From NCBI GenBank assembly GCA_041743935.1, contig JBGTLU010000061.1, positions 23,247 through 87,246 of the forward strand: a DNA stretch of 64,000 nt. The letters run 5' to 3'. Shown piece by piece: positions 58,134 to 64,000 of the stretch. A model generated the notes under the pieces. The model did no database searches. It saw nothing but the letters and a program-made list of their open reading frames with translations, and had not been told where the DNA came from. Within the stretch, counting starts at the first letter, position 1, and each line of letters starts with the position of its first letter. The position numbers and the translations under genes were made by a program. Source of the stretch: Sphingobacteriaceae bacterium. Lineage in GTDB: Bacteria; Bacteroidota; Bacteroidia; Sphingobacteriales; Sphingobacteriaceae.

Positions 58134-58165
58134 TTATATAAATAAAGTTAAAAAACTTCAACACT

Positions 58166-58321
58166 ATGGGAAATTTACTCTATCTAGTTGCACTAATATT
58201 AGTAATAGCTTGGGCTATTGGTTTTATTGGATATAATACCGGTGGAATCATCCATTTATTATTAGTAATTGCAGTAATTGCAGTAATTTTTCAAATAATA
58301 AGAGGGCGAAGAATACTTTAA
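58166..58321 (+). CDS. lmo0937-family-like small membrane protein (51 aa); not in the ORF track
   Basis: My translation is MGNLLYLVALILVIAWAIGFIGYNTGGIIHLLLVIAVIAVIFQIIRGRRIL. The G-G-x-I-H-L-L-L-V-I-A-V-I ... R-G-R-R pattern matches the widespread ~50-aa lmo0937-type stress-associated membrane peptides. The gene has its own -7 box and a downstream terminator. Confidence 0.7.
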   Translation: MGNLLYLVALILVIAWAIGFIGYNTGGIIHLLLVIAVIAVIFQIIRGRRIL

Positions 58322-58444
58322 AAATATTTCATTTACCTGTGAAATACATGACAAAAGAGTATAGAGAGCTTTTTAGGTTGGTTAACAGATAAAATATTAA
58401 TTATTCGCTTACCGCAGATAATTTTCATTTATTTTATTTGGATT

Positions 58445-58473
58445 AAATCCTGTAGAAATACAGGATTTTTTTT
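58445..58473 (+). terminator. rho-independent terminator (GAAA tetraloop)
   Basis: Perfect 10-bp stem AAATCCTGTA / TACAGGATTT with loop GAAA, followed by a T run to 58473. It lies 124 nt after the small-gene stop codon. Confidence 0.8.
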
Positions 58474-58583
58474 ATTGTAATTAGAGTTATAATATAAGTA
58501 ATATAAATTAATATATAATTAATTAGGTTTTATATGATTGAATTTTGTTGGGTGATAATTTGTCACGATTAACAAAAATCAAA

Positions 58584-59990
58584 ATGAAAACAAAAAATTT
58601 ACTCACGACAATGTTATTGTTTGTGGTTGTCTTTCTCTCAGCTTGCAAAAAAGACGACTTTGTGGAAACAAAAACCCTTTGTCCGGAAGTAGTATCAACA
58701 AACCCTGCCAATGGTAGTGCGGGAGTTGACGTAACCCAGAACATTACAGTTAGATTTAATACGGATTTAGATCCGCAATCTGTGAACAGTCAAGCCTTTA
58801 GTTTAACTGCTAGAAACAACGGCAACAATGCGATGAGCACCATTGCGGGTACCGTTACTTACGATGCAGCAAACAAAACTCTAGTATTTAACCCTACGGC
58901 CGATTTGCCAGCTAACTCTACGTTTACTGGTAGAGTAGAAACAAGCATCAAAGACCCCAATGGAAACAGATTACAACAAGTTTTTACTTGGACATTTAGC
59001 ACCAACATGCCACCGTTTGTTCAATCTACAGATCCGGCAAACAATGCAACCAATGTTGCGCTAAACAAGGTAATTGAAGTAATATTTAGCCAACCAATGA
59101 ATCCAACTACCATAAATAATTCTACTTTTAGTATAAGAGCAGGATCAAATACAGTAGCGGGTACAATTGTTTTTGCAAATAACCGCTTGTTATTTACCCC
59201 ATCTGCCAACTTAGCGGCAAATACAGTTTATACGGGTACAGTTACTACAGGAGCAAAAAGTATTTCAAATATTTCTATGGCAAGTAATTTTACTTGGACA
59301 TTCACTACCGCCAGCAGCGTTAGTCCAACTCCAAATATGTTGGGTACTGTAGAACGTTTTGGAATTTTTGCTGCCACAGGTATTACAAATATTGCAGGCT
59401 TTAGCGAAATTATTAATTTGGATGTAGGAATTACACCAGGTGCACGTTCTTCCATTACCGGATTCCCTCCAGGACAAGTTGTGGGTGGTGCTATTTTCGC
59501 ATCAGACGATCTTACTCCTGTGGGCACTGCAGCTATGCTTAACCAAGCCAAAAATGATTTAACGAATGCTTATTTAGCATTAGAATCTAATACTTCAACC
59601 ACTCCTTTTCTTGTTTCAGGAGATATGGGCGGTAGAACTATTACGCCAGGTATCTATAAAAGCAACTCCTCGTTGATGATACAAAACGGAAGCTTAACCT
59701 TAAACGGTCAAGGAGATATAAATGCGGTTTGGATATTTCAAATCGGATCTTCTTTCACTACAGTTGGAGGTGCGGGCGGAAACATTATTCTTACTAACGG
59801 AGCACAAGCCAAAAACATTTATTGGCAAGTAGGAAGTTCTGCAACCATAGGTGATAATACCTTGTTTAGCGGAAATATATTAGCATTAACCTCTATCACC
59901 ATGAACTCTAATGCAAGAGCTACAGGCAGAATGCTTGTAAGAAATGGTGCAGTTACATTAACTAGCACAAACATAATTACTAGACCTTAA
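58584..59990 (+). CDS. surface lipoprotein with two Ig-like (SbsA/Big_5-type) domains and a C-terminal DUF3494 / ice-binding-protein-type beta-helix domain
   Basis: The lipobox is VVFLSAC, followed by KKDDF. Two repeats follow: VVSTNPANGSAGVDVTQNITVRFNTDLDPQSVNSQAFSL and VQSTDPANNATNVALNKVIEVIFSQPMNPTTINNSTFSI. The DUF3494 signature is FGIFAATGITNIAGFSEIINLDVGITPG..ITGFPPGQVVGG...AKNDLTNAY...ITPGIYKS...LTLNG..NAVWIFQIGSS...AKNIYWQVGSSATIG. I use ATG at 58584; the track ORF starts at TTG 58545. Confidence 0.8.
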   Translation: MKTKNLLTTMLLFVVVFLSACKKDDFVETKTLCPEVVSTNPANGSAGVDVTQNITVRFNTDLDPQSVNSQAFSLTARNNGNNAMSTIAGTVTYDAANKTLVFNPTADLPANSTFTGRVETSIKDPNGNRLQQVFTWTFSTNMPPFVQSTDPANNATNVALNKVIEVIFSQPMNPTTINNSTFSIRAGSNTVAGTIVFANNRLLFTPSANLAANTVYTGTVTTGAKSISNISMASNFTWTFTTASSVSPTPNMLGTVERFGIFAATGITNIAGFSEIINLDVGITPGARSSITGFPPGQVVGGAIFASDDLTPVGTAAMLNQAKNDLTNAYLALESNTSTTPFLVSGDMGGRTITPGIYKSNSSLMIQNGSLTLNGQGDINAVWIFQIGSSFTTVGGAGGNIILTNGAQAKNIYWQVGSSATIGDNTLFSGNILALTSITMNSNARATGRMLVRNGAVTLTSTNIITRP

Positions 59991-59995
59991 TTATC

Positions 59996-62011
59996 ATGAA
60001 ATCACTTTATAAACACCAGAAAAATACAGGTAAAATTAATCTTACCGGTATTGCATTGCTGAGCGCATTCGCTTTTACGCTACTATTTAGCAGTACAGCC
60101 AGCTCTCAAATAGTTGCTACCTATGCTAAGCCATCCTTTTGGATTGGTGCAGCCGGTGGTGCTAACTTAAATTACTACCGTGGCAACACGCAGGTATTAA
60201 ATGCCGATTTTACCACTCCAACTCCCTTTGGTAATGGGTATGGAGCCGGTGTATTTTTAGCTGCAACCATTGAATACTACAAACCAAATACAGTCTTAGG
60301 ATTTATTCTTCAGGGTGGTTACGATAGCCGCAGAGGGAAGTTTGATCAGAAAATATCTCCTTGTAACTGTCCAATAGATTTAAATACCGATTTAAGCTAC
60401 ATCACCATTGAACCTAGTTTAAGGGTAGTGCCATTTGAATCTAACTTTTATCTATTTGCCGGACCACGTCTTGGTTTTAATTTAGAACGCAGGTTCCGTT
60501 ATAGTCAAGGTCCAAACCCTAATTTCCCTAACGCTCCATTGAATGAAGATGTAAAAGGTGACTTTAGCAGATCACATAAAGAAACATTATCTGGTCAGAT
60601 TGGTATGGGAGTAGATATTCCAATAACTTCAACCAGTAATAAAACACAATTAGCATTTTCTCCATTTGTTTCTTATCACCCACGTTTCGGACAAAACCCA
60701 CGTGCCATTGAAACTTGGAATTTATCAACCCTTAGACTAGGTGCCTCGATTAAAATAGGTAGCGGTAAAGCTATGGATCCGGAGATGGTTATAACTGCTC
60801 CAGATCCACAAGTTCGTTTTACTGTAAACTCTCCAACCAACATTCCTGTTGAACGTAGATTCAGAGAAACTTTTCCAATTCGGAATTATGTGTTTTTCAA
60901 TAAAAACTCTACCCAAATCCCTTCTAGATATACTTTATTACAAAGAAATCAGGTGGCTGATTTTAAAGAAGATCAATTAGAGGTACGTTCAGAATTAACT
61001 AAAGACGGTCGTGCAAAACGTTCTATGAATGCTTATTATAATGTATTAAACATTTTGGGCGATAGAATGAGCAAAGTGCCATCTAGCAATATTACATTAG
61101 TAGGTTCTTCAGAAAATGGAATAGCAGATGCCAAATTAATGGCAGAATCCGTAAAAAATTACTTGGTTAATATTTTCGGTATTAGTCCCTCCAGAATTGG
61201 AGTTGATGGAAGAATTAGCCCAGTCAATCCGGCTTCAATTCCTGGAGCAAACACGCAAATGGAATTGCGTACAGATGGTGACCGCAGGGTTACTATTATT
61301 AGCTCGTCTTCTGAATTATTAATGGAATTCCAATCTGGACCTGATGCTCCACTAAGACCTATTGTAGTGTCTGGTATGCAAATAGCGCCTATTGATAGTT
61401 ACGTAACATTTAATGTGGATAATAGCATGAATATTTTTGATTCATGGAGTTTAGAAGCAAGAGATAGCCAAGGTAATGTTCAAAATTACGGACCGTACAA
61501 ACAAGATAAAGTTAGCATCCCCGGAAAAAACATTTTAGGCAATCGCCCATCCGGAGATTATAAATTTACCATGGTTGGTACTACTAAAAATGGCAACATT
61601 ATACGTAGAGATGCTAATGCAAAATTAAATCTTTGGACACCTTCAAAAGATGAAGAGGGTATGCGTTTTAGTATTTTGTATGATTATGATAATGCAAAAG
61701 CTATTTCTATTTACGAAAAGTATTTAACTGAAATTGTTGTTCCTAAAATCCCAATGAATGCATTGGTAACCGTTCACGGATATACCGATATTTTAGGTGA
61801 TGCAAATTATAACTTAACTCTATCACAAGCACGTGCAAACGATGTGAAGAACATTATTCAGAAAGCATTAACTAATGCCGGAAGAAAAGATGTACGATTA
61901 GAAGTGTTAGGGTTTGGTGAGGATGAGAACTTGTCTCCGTTTAACAATGTATTACCGGAAGAACGTTTTTATAACCGCACCGTTATCATTGATATTATAC
62001 CGCAAAAATAG
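59996..62011 (+). CDS. outer-membrane beta-barrel protein with two OmpA-like peptidoglycan-binding domains
   Basis: 671 aa with a signal peptide and a ~250-aa N-terminal region of alternating beta-strand pattern rich in aromatic girdles. The middle domain is degenerate OmpA-like (NYVFFNKNSTQI...ITLVGSSENG...RRVTI). The C-terminal OmpA domain is canonical (VTVHGYTDILGDANYNLTLSQARANDVKNII...NRTVIIDI). The gene starts 5 nt after the upstream gene. Confidence 0.8.
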   Translation: MKSLYKHQKNTGKINLTGIALLSAFAFTLLFSSTASSQIVATYAKPSFWIGAAGGANLNYYRGNTQVLNADFTTPTPFGNGYGAGVFLAATIEYYKPNTVLGFILQGGYDSRRGKFDQKISPCNCPIDLNTDLSYITIEPSLRVVPFESNFYLFAGPRLGFNLERRFRYSQGPNPNFPNAPLNEDVKGDFSRSHKETLSGQIGMGVDIPITSTSNKTQLAFSPFVSYHPRFGQNPRAIETWNLSTLRLGASIKIGSGKAMDPEMVITAPDPQVRFTVNSPTNIPVERRFRETFPIRNYVFFNKNSTQIPSRYTLLQRNQVADFKEDQLEVRSELTKDGRAKRSMNAYYNVLNILGDRMSKVPSSNITLVGSSENGIADAKLMAESVKNYLVNIFGISPSRIGVDGRISPVNPASIPGANTQMELRTDGDRRVTIISSSSELLMEFQSGPDAPLRPIVVSGMQIAPIDSYVTFNVDNSMNIFDSWSLEARDSQGNVQNYGPYKQDKVSIPGKNILGNRPSGDYKFTMVGTTKNGNIIRRDANAKLNLWTPSKDEEGMRFSILYDYDNAKAISIYEKYLTEIVVPKIPMNALVTVHGYTDILGDANYNLTLSQARANDVKNIIQKALTNAGRKDVRLEVLGFGEDENLSPFNNVLPEERFYNRTVIIDIIPQK

Positions 62012-62036
62012 AGTGTATTTATAAAAATCAAACAAG

Positions 62037-62068
62037 AAAGGGCGGTTGTATTAAACTGCCCTTTTTTT
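62037..62068 (+). terminator. rho-independent terminator after the OmpA-family gene
   Basis: Stem AAAGGGCGG / CTGCCCTTT with one G-U pair and a 10-nt loop, followed by T tract 62065-62068. Confidence 0.7.
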
Positions 62069-62079
62069 ATAGTTGAAAT

Positions 62080-62439
62080 ATGAAAAAAGAGATGAACGAA
62101 ATGGAAAAAGCTGCTATTTTAATTGTAGTAGAAATTATAGAATATGTACCAAACTCAGTTGTTATCAAATCTATTATCCGAAAAACAACCGGCAGTATTA
62201 CCGCTGCATCTTTTGATACAGGAGAATCAATGACCGATAAAATATTAGCTTTTGATACGTTTATTCAAGTAATAGACGGGCAAGCAGATGTGATAATTGA
62301 CGGAAAGTTAAACGAACTTAATGTAGGCGAATCTATTATTATACCTGCCAATGTGATAAATACAATCAAAGCAAAAGTTCGCTTTAAAATGATATCCACT
62401 ATAATTAAAAGTGGTTATCAAGCAGTAGATATTATTTAA
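62080..62439 (+). CDS. cupin-domain protein
   Basis: 119 aa. The pattern FDTFIQVIDGQADVIIDGKLNELNVGESIIIPANVINTIKA matches the two-motif cupin beta-barrel. The start is uncertain among three nearby Met codons. Confidence 0.65.
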   Translation: MKKEMNEMEKAAILIVVEIIEYVPNSVVIKSIIRKTTGSITAASFDTGESMTDKILAFDTFIQVIDGQADVIIDGKLNELNVGESIIIPANVINTIKAKVRFKMISTIIKSGYQAVDII

Positions 62440-62509
62440 TCTTTGTGCTAAGTATGAATTCCTACTAAAAAAAATATAGGATTAATTTTTTGGTAATTAA
62501 TATGTGTAT

Positions 62510-62800
62510 TTAAATTCCAAAGAGTTTTTTCTTCTTTACAACAAAGTCTACGTAATTTTTCACTTCGCCTTCACTCACCATTACATCGGTTACTTTAGCA
62601 CGCTCAGGTCCTTGTTTACACCAGGCAATTAATTCATTCAATGAAAATTCATCGCCTTCGGCTCCGATATATACCGTTCCGTCGGGTTGGTTTTGTACAA
62701 ATCCCATGATAGAAAGTTGGTCGGCTACTGCTTTAGTAGTATCCCGAAAATATACTCCTTGTACATTTCCTTTTATAGTTATTTCGATGTGTTTTTTCAT
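62510..62800 (-). CDS. acyP: acylphosphatase
   Basis: 96 aa. The segments ITIKGNVQGVYFRDTTKAVADQLSIMGFVQNQPDGTVYIGAEG match the acylphosphatase signatures (V-x-G-x-V-Q-G-V-x-F-R and G-x-V-x-N). Confidence 0.88.
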   Translation of the reverse strand: MKKHIEITIKGNVQGVYFRDTTKAVADQLSIMGFVQNQPDGTVYIGAEGDEFSLNELIAWCKQGPERAKVTDVMVSEGEVKNYVDFVVKKKKLFGI

Positions 62801-62805
62801 ATGTT

Positions 62806-63750
62806 TTAGTATAACGTTGTTAACCTTTGTTTTTCGAGCAAATAATCATTCCAAATCTCATGAAGTATAGTTGCTGCAGGTTTTATATCGTGTATTATTC
62901 CTGCCACTTGTCCAATTTCTAACTCCCCTTCCTTCATGTCCCCTTCAAACATTCCTCTTTTAGCTCTAGCTCTTCCTAAAATTTCGGCTAACTCTGTTTT
63001 ATCCGCTCCTCTGTCTTCGGCTTCTTTAATTTTTTGGTAAAATTCATTTTTTATCAAACGCACTGGCACCAATTTTTTCATGGCCAATTGAGTATCTCCC
63101 TCAGAGGTATCCACAATTTGTTGTTTAAAATTTGCGTGGGCAGATGATTCTACTGAAGCTGCAAATCTTGAACCAATTTGGACACCTTCTGCACCTAATG
63201 CAAAAGCAGCTAACATTTGTTTGCCCGTAGCAATGCCTCCCGCTGCTATCAGTGGGATTTCTACAAGATCTCTTATCATTGGTATTAAACAAAAAGTAGT
63301 GGTTTCTTCGCGCCCATTATGGCCGCCAGCTTCAAACCCTTCGGCTACTAATGCATCCACCCCGGCATCCACAGCTTTTAGTGCAAACTTTGTATTTGCT
63401 ATAACGTGAACCACCTTAATACCTTGCGATTTTAAATGGGCAGTCCAAGTGCTGGGATTACCTGCAGAGGTAAATACAATGGGCACTTTTTCTTCCAAAA
63501 TAGTCTCTATATGTTTTTCTATCTCTGGATATAATAACGGAATATTTACAGCAAAAGGTTTATCAGATGCTTTTTTATATTTTTGGATATGTTCTTTAAG
63601 AACATCGGGGTACATAGAGCCGGCACCAAGAATGCCTAATCCTCCGGCATTGGATACGGCCGAAGCCAATCGCCATCCGCTACACCAAATCATGCCCGCT
63701 TGTATAATGGGGTATTTAATTTCAAATAACTGGGTAATCCGATTGTTCAT
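62806..63750 (-). CDS. NAD(P)H-dependent flavin oxidoreductase, nitronate monooxygenase / FabK-like family
   Basis: 314-aa TIM-barrel pattern with the segments YPIIQAGMIWCSGWRLASAVSNAGGLGILG, EGFEAGGH, IAAGGIATG and GAEGVQIGSRF. Confidence 0.85.
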   Translation of the reverse strand: MNNRITQLFEIKYPIIQAGMIWCSGWRLASAVSNAGGLGILGAGSMYPDVLKEHIQKYKKASDKPFAVNIPLLYPEIEKHIETILEEKVPIVFTSAGNPSTWTAHLKSQGIKVVHVIANTKFALKAVDAGVDALVAEGFEAGGHNGREETTTFCLIPMIRDLVEIPLIAAGGIATGKQMLAAFALGAEGVQIGSRFAASVESSAHANFKQQIVDTSEGDTQLAMKKLVPVRLIKNEFYQKIKEAEDRGADKTELAEILGRARAKRGMFEGDMKEGELEIGQVAGIIHDIKPAATILHEIWNDYLLEKQRLTTLY

Positions 63751-64000
63751 TAGCTAAAAGATATCTCGGTGCTATCTCCCAAATTAAGACTTTGGCTTGC
63801 TCCTCGCAATACCGTATCGCTTCCTATTAAAGAAGTTTTTAGCATCATGTTATGTAGATGAGTATAAGAACCTATTATGGAATCTTCTAATATAGAATTC
63901 TTAATTTCTGAGTTTTCGCCTATGGATACGTTAGGGCCAATGATAGAATTTGAAACCACACAATTTTCGCCAATGCTAACCGGCTGAATAATTACCGTAT
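63750..64000 (-). CDS. C-terminal left-handed beta-helix part of a sugar nucleotidyltransferase (paralogue of 51781-52788); gene continues beyond the right edge
   Basis: The track ORF starts at a GTG, but my translation shows the frame stays open to position 64000 (..TVIIQPVSIGENCVVSNSIIGPNVSIGENSEIKNSILEDSIIG..). It has hexapeptide repeats and a tail similar to the C-terminus of the 335-aa enzyme. Confidence 0.7.
   Translation of the reverse strand, partial: TVIIQPVSIGENCVVSNSIIGPNVSIGENSEIKNSILEDSIIGSYTHLHNMMLKTSLIGSDTVLRGASQSLNLGDSTEISFS

Noticed and set aside
57994-58536. Repeated A/T-only 13-mers (TATAATTAATTAG, ATATAAATTAATA) on both sides of the lmo0937-like gene
   Set aside because: In stretches that are almost purely A/T, 13-mer matches are expected by chance. 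My rough estimate is about 2^-13 per position pair over roughly 10^5 pairs. The order of the two motifs also differs between the sites.
1-64000. CRISPR arrays, rRNA operons, IS elements/transposases, prophage genes, restriction-modification, toxin-antitoxin or other known defence modules
   Set aside because: Scanning all intergenic regions and ORF translations revealed no spaced direct-repeat arrays and no transposase, reverse-transcriptase, nuclease-helicase or methyltransferase signatures. The only HTH singletons (11143-11475, 19966-20169) lack toxin-like partners.

Overview
This 64-kb low-GC chromosomal segment has the hallmarks of a Bacteroidota genome. These include a T9SS C-terminal sorting domain, TAnnTTTG-type -7 promoter boxes, a lipoprotein export signal after a lipobox Cys, no obvious Shine-Dalgarno sites, and the ileS-dksA-lspA and dut/TPR/DUF4292/M23 syntenies. 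About 60 tightly packed genes are mostly housekeeping: ileS, serS, lspA, lnt, rsmI, recO, ftsH, rsfS, birA, pfkA, dut, a dsbD-like gene, mrp/nifU-like genes, comM and one tRNA-Val. I found no rRNA, CRISPR array, transposase, phage block or recognisable defence system. Two AT-richer, accessory-looking stretches stand out. (1) At 30.0-35.6 kb, a tyrosine-recombinase-like gene has substituted catalytic residues and overlaps the TTG start of a large GT51 transglycosylase-domain membrane protein; a DUF4153 protein follows. (2) At 54.9-62.1 kb, a same-strand run holds a cold-shock-domain protein, two tandem AraC regulators and five small membrane proteins (two absent from the ORF track). It ends with an Ig-stalked DUF3494 (ice-binding-type) lipoprotein co-transcribed with a 671-aa beta-barrel/OmpA protein, and carries several unusual AT-rich palindromes. 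These two are my best candidates for something undescribed, but both are hypotheses built from motifs read by eye. All family calls rest on recognised motifs, not on searches.
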